DNA of 64,000 bases from Octopus sinensis (taxonomy: Eukaryota). Below, in pieces: positions 12,306 through 25,790 of the stretch (position 1 is its first letter; each line of letters begins with the position of its first letter). The translations under genes and the position numbers were made by a program. The stretch lies in assembly GCF_006345805.1 (NCBI RefSeq), contig NC_042997.1, positions 175,336,001 through 175,400,000 on the forward strand, written 5' to 3'. The notes under the pieces were generated by a model, which had not been told where the DNA came from, ran no database searches, and saw nothing but the letters and a program-made list of their open reading frames with translations.

Positions 12306-14276
12306 CAAAAAGTCAAATACCATTAACTGCATTCGTTATTTTAGTGATTTTTACATATTTTCCTTTACACAAAATGAATCTAGCCCTTCAGCACCAAAAA
12401 TTTACTAAACACAAGTAAAAGAAAATAAAAATAAAACCCTCCTACTCATTTTCTCTTTTCTTACCAATAAAACAGAAAACCTACCTGGCTGTGAAGCCAT
12501 TTCTTTAGGAATTCTCACCTTTGAAAACTTTCCTGTTCATTTGAATTTTTCTTTTTCTCCTTTTTTTTTTTCTTGATATCTTGTTTTTTGTTTTTTTTTT
12601 AAGCAATAGTACATTAAAAACATGTTTATCAAGGATTGTGACCTTCAAACTAACATACTTAGGACATTGAAACTGTGAATGAATTTTCCTACCCTTGAAA
12701 AAGTAATAAATAATAAGAAAAACGAAAGCAGTAGCAGTAGAGACTACAAAACGTGAGGTGAAAACACATGATAAGTCTTCCTGAAACCACACAACCTAGC
12801 TCCTTAAAAATGAGGCACAATAAAGGATGTAGTCTAGAGCACAAAATTCCTGAAAGGAATGATACTGAATATTCATGTCTGGGCTACTATGTTCATATGT
12901 CTACTTGATACCTAGCTGACTTGGTACTGAATAACTAATAGCAGGTTATGTTAATTAACAGTAATTTAATTACTAATCAATTATAAAAGCAATACCAGCA
13001 AGTCAGTGAGGGAGCCTATACATAGCTGCTCAACCCACCAGAATTAGCCAGATAACTTTTAAATGACACCTGTAGCCTAGCTGGGCAAGGGGAGCAGTCT
13101 GGTCCAAGCAGTGCTTTTATAGGGGTAGCACTTTTGAGTCTGCTGTATAAGCTTGGGTGGGGGCTCAAACTCCAGGGATAGATCATGTAGCTCACATTCT
13201 CGCTATGCCACTGAATCACACTCTTTGACCTTATAAAAAAAAGGGATATGTTGGATAATGTGGTCTTATGTTTTCTGGATAAAAAGCAATATGGTCACAA
13301 CTGGAGTGCATAGGTATGCTCAGTCAGTGCCAACCTGAAGCTAAATACAACAGCAATACTAACAAATCAATGAGGGAGCCTCTACATACTTACTCAACAT
13401 GCTAGAAATAGCAGCAAAATCTTGCTCCAGTCACATTCCACTGTCTTGCAAAAAGGTAAGACATATTTGTTAATGAAGTCCCAGATGTTGCTACAAAGAC
13501 AAGGTTGCCTTAGCTACAATGCCTTTTAATGTAAGCCTACTCAATCAAGGTTGACCCGGAAGAAACAACCACAACAAAGTAATACACTATATAAGAATAA
13601 GATGTGTATTGTTATATTCATAAGTAGGGCCTTGGTGTAATTGCTCACCTGCTAGAAATAGTAACCAAATCTTTCTGAGATTTTACTTTATATATATTAC
13701 TTTGGATATAATGTTTGAATTAAAGGCAAGATGATTACTGAATCATAGGTTTCCTCAATCAGAGTTGTCTCAGACTAAATATCAGCAATATCAATGCAAT
13801 ACATACACAGGAAATACAGAGGTACACTTGAAGCCAATGAGACTGCCTTTACGTGGTCGCTTGACTTGCTAGAAATAGCAGTCAACTATCTTTCAAATCA
13901 CCTTGATAATGTATCCCTTGGTTCTCTGCATATAAGGGGGGAAAGGGGATAGTTATGGTTAGAATATCTTTTATAATATGTCTTCTTGATCAGTGTTGAC
14001 CCTAGGCCTTACAACAACAACATAGGTGTATGTAATATAGCTATAAGTATAGAAAAGATATATTTCTCACATTGTTACAAAGTCACACATTATAAGGATG
14101 GGTTATAGGTGATTAAATCAACTTTAGTATGTGTCTAAGACTGTTTTGATGAACGGTTAAAAGACAAGTTTGCCTTACCAGGATTTGAACTTGGAATATA
14201 AACCTAACTAAATCCAAGAAAGCATTTTGTTTGGTGCTTTACAGACTCTCACTCCATTGCCTTTGGACAATATTAA

Positions 14277-14665
14277 TCTTTTAATTGTTTCAGTCTTTGG
14301 ACTGTGGTTATGCTGGGGCACTGCCTTGAAGAGATTAGTCAAATTGATCCCAGTATTTTTTTTTTTTAGTTCTGGTACTTGTTCTATCAGTTTCATTTGC
14401 TGAACTACTAAGTTATGGGAACATATACAAGCCATCATCAGTTGTCAAGTGGTGGTGAGGTGGGCAAAGACAATCACAGATGCATACACCTGCTTGAAAC
14501 ATACACACATAGCTACACACATGTACATGCTTCCACACAGTTTCCATTTACCAAATTCACTTACAAGACTTAAGTTATAGCAGAAAACACTCAACATACC
14601 ACACAGTGGGACTGAGTCCAAAACCACATATCTGCAAAGTGAGCTTCTCAACCACACAGCCATAC
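14277..14665 (-). mobile_element. SINE S1, degenerate
   Basis: Reverse-complement copy. Similar old copies lie at ~17620-18165, 19455-19822 and 31408-31797. Confidence 0.7.
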
Positions 14666-15537
14666 TTTCATCTCTTTGATAAAGTTTTCTTAACTTACCC
14701 AATTAAAATGTTCTAAGTGTTAAAGCAAGGCCAGTTATCTATTTATTTTTCATTCTATCTACGTCTTCAATATGCTTGTGTACATTGACACAGCAGCTAA
14801 ATGTCTCCCAAGATGCCTGTGATTGACAATATATTGATTTGAATGATGCTTCAGTTAATTACAACTCGGTCACATATTTACTGGTGCCACTAAAAATAAG
14901 CTCCCACTAACTCTATTCCTTTCATTGTGCTTTTATTTTTATTTTAGCAAAACATTGATTTCTAATATCAACAAAAGGTTATTAAGTTTTGAGGTGGGAT
15001 ATTGTCAATAAAATCAATTCTGGTCTTTAATGGGTGCATTTATTTTAACAATCCTAGAAAGATGAAAGACAAAATCTACATCAGGGGAATTCAAACTCAA
15101 AGTAAGGTATTTTGTCTGTCAATCCTATTCCCTGTGCAAGCAAAATATATTGAAATCCAATACTTACGGTAAGCAATCGTTAATATGATTATAATTTTTG
15201 GACTTCTCATTTGAATTCAATGGAAAATATTCTAATATTAACATCTATACTGTTTCAAGTCATTTAATCTCTGATTGATGTAAAGTGCTTTATTCTTGGG
15301 TATATACATAATCCTGGACTGGATTGACTCTAGATCAATACCATATACGCATACAGGAATATGGCATTTGATAACAATCAAACCAATCAAAATATGTCTT
15401 AAAGGATTAATGGCCTAATAAAAAAAATCATAATATATTGGTTTCAAATTTTGGCACAAGACCAACAATTTGGTAGAGGGAGGAAGTCAATTACATCGAC
15501 TCCAGTGTTCAGCTGGTACTTATTCTATCAACCCCAA

Positions 15538-15753
15538 GGCGGCGAGCTGGCAGAAACGTTAGCGCGCTGGGCGAAATGCTTAGTGGTATTTCGTCTGTCG
15601 CTATGTTCTGAGTTCAAATTCTGCCACGGTCGACTTTGCCTTTCATCCTTTCGGGGTCGATAAATTAAGTACCAGTTTTGCACTGGGTTCGATGTAATCA
15701 ACTTAATCCCTTTGTCTGTCCTTGTTTAGCCCCTTGTGGGCAATAAAGAAATA
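15538..15753 (+). mobile_element. tRNA-headed SINE family S2 (Meta-domain-like body) with 17-bp TSD
   Basis: GGCGGCGAGCTGGCAG head, GAGTTCAAATTC B box and GGTCGACTTTGCCTTTCATCCTTTCGGGGTCGATAA body. TSD TATTCTATCAACCCCAA at 15521-15537 and 15754-15770. Confidence 0.9.
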
Positions 15754-17120
15754 TATTCTATCAACCCCAAGAGTATGTAAGGCAAAGTCAACCACAGCTG
15801 CATTTGAACTTAGAACATACAGATAGATGAAAGGCTGTTAAGCATTTTACCTGGTGTGCTAACAATTTTGCCAGCTCACCACCTTTATAATGATAATAAT
15901 ATACTAAAATCAGTTATGCTACAAGAATTTTCCATAGATATGTTTTATTCCCATATTACTAATACTTCAATAAAGCACCTTCTACATACACATTCAAGAC
16001 TATTCATTCATCCAACATGTTCCAATTACTGACCCATTTTGAACTATGACCTCTCTTTATCATCTCCATCATTATATTAGCTCTTGCTTTTGTAAACTTG
16101 CTGGCTTTATGCCATTTCTATTGAATCCACTTCATACCCTCATTTCTGCACTTGCTATTCTGTGTATGATGTTTCACTTGCCAGATTCCATACTAAATAT
16201 TTTCCTACAATCCTTCTTCAGAATTCCTTCCTCAGAAACTCCCTCGCATCTATATTTTCATTTCAACCATTAACCTGCATTCAGTCTTAATATAACAGCG
16301 CAAGTCTTACCCAATTAATACTTTCTCCTATCCTAAGAACACCTAATATGTATGAATGTGTGTGTTCATAACTTCTCTTTGAAAGACTTATAAAATAAAA
16401 AGAATTTTATGGCTCTGAAAAGTCTGATGTCTTTGTATGGACTTTTATGCATTTTATACACAGGTCACCATTGCAAGACAAGGCAAAAACTAACGATACT
16501 TAGTTTCTAATCTAAAACATGTGCCCCTTGATGCATGCCTGGATATAAGAAACAAATATTGGTTTCTGATTTTAGCACAAGGCCAGCAATTTTAGTGGGA
16601 TTGGCCAAGACAATTAAATCAATCCTAGTGCTCAACTGGCACTTGTTTTATCAATCCTAAAGAGAAGAATGGCAAAATCAACCTCGGCTGAATTTGAACT
16701 CAGAACATACAGATGAATTTCCGCTAAGCATCTTGCCCAGCATGCTAATGATTTTGTCAGAAACTAATATCAAAATTTATCGATACTGTAATTATAATAT
16801 ATAGTGAATCTATTGCTGTAGCACATGTTTAAGCTGACACTGCATGTGTAATTAGATACGCTGAGTGAATGTAAATAAATGCCTATACAATCTCCATTGT
16901 ATTACTACAATCGATTTATTCTACTGTTCAATAACAGTATGAAGAAACATGCTGCTTAGCATATCAATAATTAATTAAAATACATTTGTCTGGAAATCTT
17001 TTCCCGCCTAAATTCTTTTTTTTTTTTTCCATCTTGTTACTCTAACTAATAGTAACAGTTCAACTTAAGCCTTATCCAAACTGGATTCATTCTGTTAGTC
17101 ATATATTCTCTGCCGCTATC

Positions 17121-17332
17121 CTTTTCTACTCTAGGCACAAGGCCCGAAATTTTTGGGAGGGGGCCAGTCGATTAGATCGACCCCAGTACACAACTGGTAC
17201 TTAATTTATCGACCCCGAAAGGATGAAAGGTAAAGTCGACCTCGGCAGAATTTGAACTCAGAACGTAAAGACAGACAAAATACCGCTAGGCATTTCGCCT
17301 GACGTGCTAACGTTTCTAGCAGCTCACCGCCT
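17121..17332 (-). mobile_element. SINE S2 (alternative 3' end) with 17-bp TSD
   Basis: TATTCTCTGCCNCTATC at 17104-17120 and 17333-17349 (1 mismatch). Confidence 0.85.
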
Positions 17333-17663
17333 TATTCTCTGCCTCTATCGGTCTGAAAATAATATCAACCCTATCTCATTCTCAGGCCCAAAATGGAAAT
17401 GATTCAACCACTTTTGTTCATTTAAGTTCTCTGAAAATCATTAGCATTTAAAAAAATATTGTCATTCTTGTTATTTAGCTCTAGGCCAGGCCTGATCCAG
17501 AAGACCAATAATCAAAGGCATTTCAGCCCATAACCGTATTTTTCTCTCTGATGGCAGGTGAGGTTTCTGAGAAAACTGGCTGCTATTCCCTGCAGGTTAA
17601 GCAAATGCATGACGGCCTCATTTTTTTGTCTTCTATCTTTTAGCTGTTTCAGTCAGTGGACTG

Positions 17664-17882
17664 AAAAAGCATGAATGCTGCTCAATACCAACTCTTCTCT
17701 GTATTTAATTACATGAGATTGTACCAATGTGAAGAGATTGGAGCTATATTCCTACACAGCATCTTTACATGAATGGTAGTATAATAAAAAGATTAAACAA
17801 GATATGCAAGGATATATCATGTTTCTGTATTATCTTCTGATGCACTTTAAAACTATGAAAGACTACATCATCATGTCTTTGC
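17664..17882 (+). repeat. 219-bp local duplicate of 19838-20056
   Basis: Only about 7 differences between the copies; this copy sits inside a broken S1 SINE. Confidence 0.9.
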
Positions 17883-19642
17883 TAGTCTTATGCTTTTAAG
17901 TCTGGTACATATATTATTGGTTTCTTATGCCAAAACCACTCAATTATGGAGATATAAACCAACCAACACCAGTTATCAAGAGGTACACACACACACAAAT
18001 AACATGCATATGACAAGCTTCTACACAGTTTCTGTCTACCAAATTCACTCACAAGGCATTGACCAATCTGGGGCTAAAATAGAAGACATTTGCCCAAGTT
18101 ACCACACTGTGGGACTGGACTTGAAACCATGTGGTTGCAAAGCAAGCTTCTTAACTACACAACAGTGACTGCTACCAAAATTTTACAGCCAAAATTCATA
18201 TTAATTTTGGTGTCAAAAATCATATTTTTCAACTGCTAGGTTTCTCGTGAGAAACTTTTCTGTACTCTGCTTATCTTTTCACTACCAATCTGCCTGTGAC
18301 AATAGTTAGATCCATGATACAAAACCTCTTCTTTTATATGTTCTTATTTAAATTATAACCTTCTATTATAGTTTTGGTATATCTTTATTGAGTTATGTTC
18401 CAGACACCAGTTTCATCATCAACATTCTTATATGCACCTTTCCCTGCTGGCTGGGACTTTCTGTGACTGTTTTTATGGCTCAGTGCCCTTTCTGATGTTA
18501 AGTCTTTTTCCTAACTTACAACAAGTGGAGATACTGTGTACCTATCTTAAAAACCAAGATACACATGGATAATAATGACAAATTAATAACTTCACTAAAT
18601 CCCTCCAAAATACCTATTTTCCATTTTACCATATTTTCTGACATACAAGTTGATGTATAGTGTAAACATTCAAACATCATCATCATCAATCTAACTCTGT
18701 CTTCATTTCACATAGAATTTTTGATTCTCCAATATCACCTTAATGTATAAGTTAACCTAAATTTTTGCACTGAAAATTTTGGTCTGAAAAATTCAACTTG
18801 CATGCCAGAAAATATGGTACTTGAAACAGTAGAGACAGAGTATTTGAATGGAAATATGCTTATAAAAAGGTTAAAGATTGGAATTGATTTTTAGCTGATT
18901 GTCGACTCTTACGAAACTTTTTCAAACTGATACCAAATTCATGCAAAATTTATCAGCAACATCATGTTGATTGCATTGGGACTCAGGATCAATACTGCCA
19001 TTGTGAATCTTCAAACTAGCATGAAAACTGATCCACGAAGTGTTCATAAACAGCTGTATTCTTTGACTGAAAACAATCACCCGAGATGAAAGTAAAATAT
19101 TCATTTTCTAGCAAGTTAATGTATTCAGTTTAGATCATCTGCATGAGAATTTTTTTGTTGATTCTCTTGTTTTGTTTGTTTGCTCTGTAATGCTTTGAAT
19201 AGCTAAGATATATGATTTATTTATTTCCCTGATTTATCATGATGTTATGGTGGTGGTGACACATACAGAGAAGTAAATAAGCTTTTGATGAACCAAGTCT
19301 ATGGTCTTGTAGTTGTTGCTGTTTAGCCTCAGGTCAGCTTTCATTGAGCAGGCCTTATAATGAAGACCATGAACATTGTGTGATTTGAGTGGGGTTTTCT
19401 ATTATTTTTACCTTACTTATGATCTAGCATAGATTCTGGGCCAAAGTCTTTATTTTTTACTTGTTTCAACTATTTGACTGCATCCATGCTAGGGTACCAC
19501 CTTGGTTGGAGTTTAGTCAAACAAATTGACCTCAGTACTTATTTTTTAAGCTTGACACTCTATCTGTCTCTTAAGCCACTAAGTTACAAGGACATAAACA
19601 AACTAACACTGGTGGTCAAGGGGTGAGGGTAGACAAACACAT

Positions 19643-19675
<33 letters not shown>

Positions 19676-20371
19676 CTATGGGCTTCCACACATTTTCCAC
19701 CTACCAAATTCACTTACAAGATATTGGTTGGCAAAAGGCTACATAGTAAAAGACACTGGCTCAAGTTGCTGTGCAGAGGGATTGAACTCAAAATTATACG
19801 ATTACAAAGCATGCCTGTGCTTTTGAAGAAGGTAAAAAAAAAGCATGAATGTTGCTCAATACCAACTCTTCTCTGTATTTAATTACATGAGATTGTACCA
19901 ATGTGAAGAGATTGGAGTTATATTCCTATACAGCATCTTTACATGAATGGTAGTATAATAAAAAGATTAAACAAGATATACAAGGATATATCATGTTTCT
20001 GTATTATCTTCTGATGCACTTTAAAACTATAAACGAATACATCATCATGTCTTTGCATTGTCAAGTGATATCTTTCAAAAGTTGTAAGGGAGTATATCAT
20101 GTCTTCATTATTGTTTGCTGAAATCTTTCAAAGAGCTATCGTGTCTCTGTTGTCTACTGATAAATCTTTTGAAAATATGAAAGGATATATCATGTTTTTG
20201 TTAATTTGATAAATAAAATTTTTCTTTTCAAAAATCTATCAGCTGTTGAATCCATAATGTATGTTATTTGTGGGCAGCATAGGAACAAAAGCATTGTCTT
20301 CTATAGAGGATGATATCAGGGATTCATATTCACTAATTTCTGTGTAGCTGCAAGTATGTCTTTGTGGTTAA

Positions 20372-20540
20372 CCCTTTCGTTACCAACCCGGCTGAAACCG
20401 GCTCTGGCTCTGAGCACAAATGTCTTGCTTTCATAAGTTTGAATTAAAATCTTCAGTCAAACCTTAGTCACAATTTATGTTCCTAACGCTAGCTGAATGA
20501 TAACTAAGTTATTTTACTAAATTCTTTGTTATATTTAAAG
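20372..20540 (+). mobile_element. piggyBac-type MITE family A, right end lost
   Basis: TTAA-CCCTTTCGTTACCAACCCGGCTGAAACC; truncated. Confidence 0.75.
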
Positions 20541-21419
20541 TTATTTTGGATAATATATGTGTGTGTGTCTGTGTGTGCATATGTATGTGTCTATGTATGT
20601 TTATAGGTATACATATATGTCTGTATATAAGTATGTATATATGTGTGTATATGGATGTATGTGTATTTGTGTTTATGTTTACACTTGTTAGCCTTGTCTT
20701 GCCCCTATGTGTCCTGTACTACGTAGTTCAACAAATAGAGAGTGATGAAATAACTACTCAACTGAGTTAAGTACTAGAGTCATATGATTGACTAAAACCC
20801 TTGAAGTTGTTGCTCCAACATGGCTGCAATCCAGTTACTGAAACTCATAAAAGTAATAATAATAATAATAGTAATAATAATAATAATGGTAATTCTCAGA
20901 TTCTGGTTTCTTTTTCCTACAATATATCATCACTAATTATAAATAACACATAATAAAATGTCCAACTTGCTGTTACTTGTGATTGTTGGGTGAGACTAGG
21001 AGCAGCTCATATAAAATGAAGCAACAACATCATATATAATAATAATAATGATTAGAATTCTGAAAAGACCTTGACTGATTACCTTTTACTAAGGACTCGA
21101 GTGTATCAGAGACAATAAATTCTTTATACTCTGTTCTTTAGACGTGGTATACTTGGAGAGTATTAATAAATTGCCAAGATTTGCATATGTACCTACCTTT
21201 GCACTCTAACCCATTCTTTTGTCATATGGGAAAGAATGCAAGATTACGCTGTAGTTTTCAAATTCTATATAAATAGATAAATATATAAATTAACTACTTG
21301 AATTTGTTTTCTGAGAGTTTGTCAGTAGAATTCTGGGAATTCAACTGCTCTAAATAAATAAATCAACAATTAAGATATATGCATGAATATGTAAATTGTG
21401 TGTATGTGTATATATATAC

Positions 21420-21477
<58 letters not shown>

Positions 21478-21481
<4 letters not shown>

Positions 21482-21626
21482 CAAAGTGGGACAAGAACGC
21501 AAGACCTCTGGACAGCTAGGTGATACAAAAAGGGACAAAAGAACATCCAGATAGACGATACAAAGAAAACAAGGACGGGTCATTTGAAGTTTTCTTTCCT
21601 CAGTCAAGAACCAGATTATCCTCGCA
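21478..21626. mobile_element. (TA)n-embedded fragment related to the 46549 element
   Basis: Shares GACGATACAA...TCAGTCAAGAACCRGATYATC with 46600-46665; flanked by (TA)n on both sides. Confidence 0.5.
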
Positions 21627-21679
<53 letters not shown>

Positions 21680-23737
21680 AGCATGTCACACATATATATA
21701 TTCACATATATATATTGGGCACAGACAATGTGTCATTAGCCAGCTGGAGGAGATGTCTTCTTGGGGCTATAAACTACAGTAGCATTGTCCCATATGGGTC
21801 AGCCACATTTAGGTGGCAAATATACTTCACGATATATATACATACATATATATACATATATATATGTGTGTGTGTCAGTAAAAATCGAGACTATCAATTT
21901 ACTTTGCAGTTTCTAAGTGGGGTACGTACAACTATTTAAATTTTTTTTTTCTACAGTAGCAGAAAAAAATTTGAAACCAATATTGTTTCACTTCAAGTGC
22001 ACAGTTTTCTAACAGTATTTTTTTTGTTGCACAATATTTCATTTGAACAGGTTCACTTGTTTGCATTAAGTCACATGTTTTATTTACATTTTGAGGCCCG
22101 TTTTACACTAAATGACATTTTAGTTTCGCAGAGAAAGCAACTATTCTGACTGATCAATATTTTAATACCAATTCAGTTATGCAGGTTTATCAATACCTTT
22201 TAGCACCACCATTGCAGTTTGAAGAATGGCAGCAAGTAGGCAAACTGCCTTGTGTGTCTATGTGTGTCCTTTTTTTTTTGTTTTTTTTTTTTAGCTTCTT
22301 GCTCTCACTCTTCCCATATTTTCACTTCATCTCATTCTCCATTTTCCCAAACTCTCTCTCTTTCTCTCTCTCTCCTCTTCATATTTAGAAAGTCATGTTC
22401 TCTACAAGACTGCCAAGAATATGAGATTTTCTCATTAAGCCATGGCTTTCAGGTTAACTAGTTCACTTTGCAACCATGTGGTTTTGGGTTCAGTTCCATC
22501 TCGTGGCACCTTGGGCAAGTGTTTTCTAATATAGCCCCAGGTCAACCAATGCCTTATGAGTGTCCCCTAATAACTTCTTGACAACTGGTTTTGACTTATT
22601 TACATCCTCATAACTTAGCAGTTCAGCAAAGGAACCAATAGAATAAGTGTCAGAATTTTTTTGATTTCTTCAAGGTGGTGCTCCAGTATGGCTGCAGTCC
22701 AATGACTTAAACAAGTAAATGATAAAAAGGTCATCTTAATTCTGTTAATTCAGCTAACCATCAGCTGTTATTTAACAACCTGTTGACTCCTGTGTTGAAG
22801 GCATCCATTCTAAATCACCTTGGTCTGCAGTCATTCGTAAACACTTAAATGATAGGTTCTCTTCTTCAAACAGAAAAGTAACTTGAAATTAGTTCTGTCT
22901 GTTCTTTTTACTGTCCTTTATATTGTATCTTTCTAATTTATATTTATGTGGTGGGAGACCAACATGACTCTCGGGCTAGCTGGATAATGACGATGATACC
23001 CCCATCAGTCTTGACAATGAGTACTTTGTTGTTTAACTAATTGTGAAATTAGATTAAAAGTGTAAGTGACAGAGTATTCCTCAGATAAGTGTACCTTTTA
23101 ATGCAATTCTCCCAATAAATCAGCTTGAGATAATGTCATTCATGACATTATTATTATTATTATTATTATCATCATCATTATTATGTGGCTGGACATTTGA
23201 ATTATAGACATGTTTTCATGATTAAGAGTAAGAGAACCACACTAATACTGGGCTGTTACTTCGGTTTCTCACCTCCAAAATGATGGAAGGCTGAGTGGAC
23301 CTTGGAGAGATTTGAAATGAGAACACTGGGAGCTGAAATTAATACAAAAAAGTATTAAATGTGGCTATGTGGTTAAGAAGTTTGCTCCTTAACCACATGG
23401 TTTCGGGTTCAGTTTCAATGCATGAAATCTTGGGTGAATGTCTTCAACTATGGCCCTAGGCCAACCAAAGCCTCTCGAGTTACTTGGTAGATAGCAACTA
23501 AAAGAAACCTGTTGTGTGTGTCCATGTCCTTGTTTTGACATAGTGTGATAGTTGTAAATGAGTGTTATTCACTTTCAATATTCTATGGCAACATGTCTTG
23601 CCATAGGGAAATATTACCTTGCTTGGAAACAGGTGAGAGTCAGCATCAAGAAGGGCATATAGCTGTAGAAAATTTTCTTTAAATTCTGACCAGCCTATGA
23701 AAGCATGAAAAAAGTTGATTATATATATATATATATA

Positions 23738-24085
23738 TAGTTAATCCAAACAAGAAAACACAGAAAAAAAAAGAGAAAAAAACACAGCAACGCAGGACGT
23801 GGAACAATTAAAGTATTATTGACGCTCAGGAAAGAAGGGAAGGAGGGTTTAACGTTTCGAGCGGAGCTCTTCATCGGAAACAAGGAGTAGGAAAGATCCC
23901 AAGGAAGGAAGACAGAGGAGAAAATATTTGAGCTGGTGGTGCTATCCAAATAAGCAACAAGTATATCCAAGGTAGAGTAGTACAAATATTTCATGCTACT
24001 TCATTTTATTAAACACTTTTTATTAAATGAAGTAGCATGCAACAATTGTACTACTCTACCTTGGTTATACTCGTTGCTTATTTTG
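23738..24085 (-). mobile_element. PLE-type fragment with minimal hammerhead and terminal inverted duplication
   Basis: Starts at a (TA)n tract, carries a hammerhead motif at 23847-23881 and ends in a palindrome with 59-bp arms. A homologous fragment lies in the opposite orientation at ~29072-29170. Confidence 0.7.
23847..23881 (-). ncRNA. Minimal type I hammerhead ribozyme
   Basis: Minus strand reads GTTT-CCGATGA-A-GAGC-TCC-GCTC-GAAA-CG-TT-AAAC. Stem I is GUUU/AAAC, stem II GAGC/GCUC, stem III the palindrome ACGU, and the cleavage triplet GUU. Confidence 0.7.
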
Positions 24086-24184
24086 ATTATAATCACCCCA
24101 TTTGATTTATATGGATAATACCATACAAAACTCTGGTGCCTTTAACTTAAGTATCATATTCATCTGAATCTAAATTTTGCTGAA

Positions 24185-24244
<60 letters not shown>

Positions 24245-24530
24245 TACATACATATATAGTGATGTATTTCAGATTTGATGTTTTAACAAAGACTCTTTAC
24301 TTTTGAAGCTATTTGCTCTACAGTTATCTTTAAAGTGTAGAGAGTCCTCTTTGGATTTCTGGTTTCCTTGATCTTTGATTCAGTAATTTTCATTTATAAT
24401 ATAGTATATATTTGAAGTTGGTGTTTCATTTTGACCCTTACTCAGTTTAATCTTCCCACCCTGAATAGGATGGATGAAAACCTCTACTTCAAATACATAG
24501 ACAAACCTTACTTATATTGCATATTTGTTT

Positions 24531-24692
24531 TCAGCTCTGTGTGTGTGTGAGAGAGGGGGAAGAAAGAGATTTTTTTTCCTCTCTTTCTTGTTTTTTTCTT
24601 TACTTATTTTATTAGTCATTGTTGAGAATTCTTGTTAAGAATTCTCTGTGATTCTGTTTTGATCAGATAAAGCAGACAGTTACAGTCAGTAG
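24531..24692 (+). other. Candidate non-coding (5'UTR) exon, possibly of EVI5
   Basis: Repeat-free segment ending in a consensus donor CAGTAG|GTAAGA (GT at 24693) and followed by T-rich intron-like DNA. An in-frame TAA at 24668 means it would be non-coding. The start is uncertain. Confidence 0.3.
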
Positions 24693-25568
24693 GTAAGAAA
24701 TAAAACAATAGTCGTATATCCTTTGTCAAATTATTATTGTTTTTGTAGTTCCTTTGTGTTTATTTTTTAGCAATTCAATATACTGTATGTAACATTGCTT
24801 GTGCTTTGACTTTTTTCTAAAGTTACTTTATTTTTTGTTTTTTCATTTCATCCATAGTTTTTAAATTCCAATAACATTGTTCAGATTTATAAACCATTTG
24901 AATTGTCTATTATTTTGTCTTTAAATAGAATTCATAGGTATTTTATTCTATCTAGTTATTTCATTCTGTATGTAGATACTCTATTTTATGTAGTTAGTTT
25001 AAAACCAACCAAACATGTACCATACACATTGCTGGAGTGGGAACTGTGTTATTTTAGCTAATACTGTATTTGTGAAGGTCTTTGACCTTGTGGTTTATGG
25101 CATTCGGCACACTATTAAAAGTCATTGTTTCAGTTTATAGATTGAGTGGCTCATATTGCTCTTCAGCAAGGTACATCGTCTCATGTTGCTCCAATCTATA
25201 CTGCTGAGAATGAATACCTGTCTATTGCAGATGCAACCCTTTCTCTTCTCAGCTGTTAGATCTGTGATGCTCTGCTGGGTTGATGGGTATAACTATAGGA
25301 TGTGTATCTGCTTCTAACTACAAACTGAAAGCAATTAATGAAAGCTTGGTCATATGTTATCAGGTCATATGCTCTTGTGAGTGATAGTTATTTTTATTTA
25401 TTAAATAATGTCTCTTGCTAAAGAGAAATAGAATTTTATTTATCTCTTTATTTTAAATAAATTCTGTTTGTTTTTATTGCATATTCTTCTAACCAGTGGT
25501 AGAAGAATGCTGCCAAATTTCCCTCAAACTCACTCAGCACTCTGCCATTTTATGAAAGGACATTTTAG

Positions 25569-25790
25569 AAGACCTGGGATGAGGTGGTGAAGCACAACCT
25601 TCGAACATTGGGCCTCACCAAGGCAATGACAAGTGACCGAGACCTTTGGAGATATGCTGTGCTTGAGAAGACCCAGCAAGCCAAATGAGACGATAGCCGT
25701 GGTCTATGCCACTACAGCCATAACCAGCCCATTTAAGAGTACCCTTCAATTATTGGGCAATAAACTGTGCTTGCAAAGACCTATGTGACA
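25569..25790 (+). mobile_element. RTE LINE ORF end and start of 3'UTR
   Basis: KTWDEVVKHNLRTLGLTKAMTSDRDLWRYAVLEKTQQAK* (25569-25688); same family as 50192-50500. Confidence 0.85.

Noticed and set aside
18895-19104. Unique CpG-containing segment with short ORFs on both strands and possible splice signals
   Set aside because: No recognisable protein motif, and no frame joins the EVI5 exon without a stop; it might still be a non-coding exon.
17664-20056. LTR retroelement bounded by the 219-bp direct repeats
   Set aside because: No TG...CA ends, PBS, PPT, TSD or gag/pol remnants.
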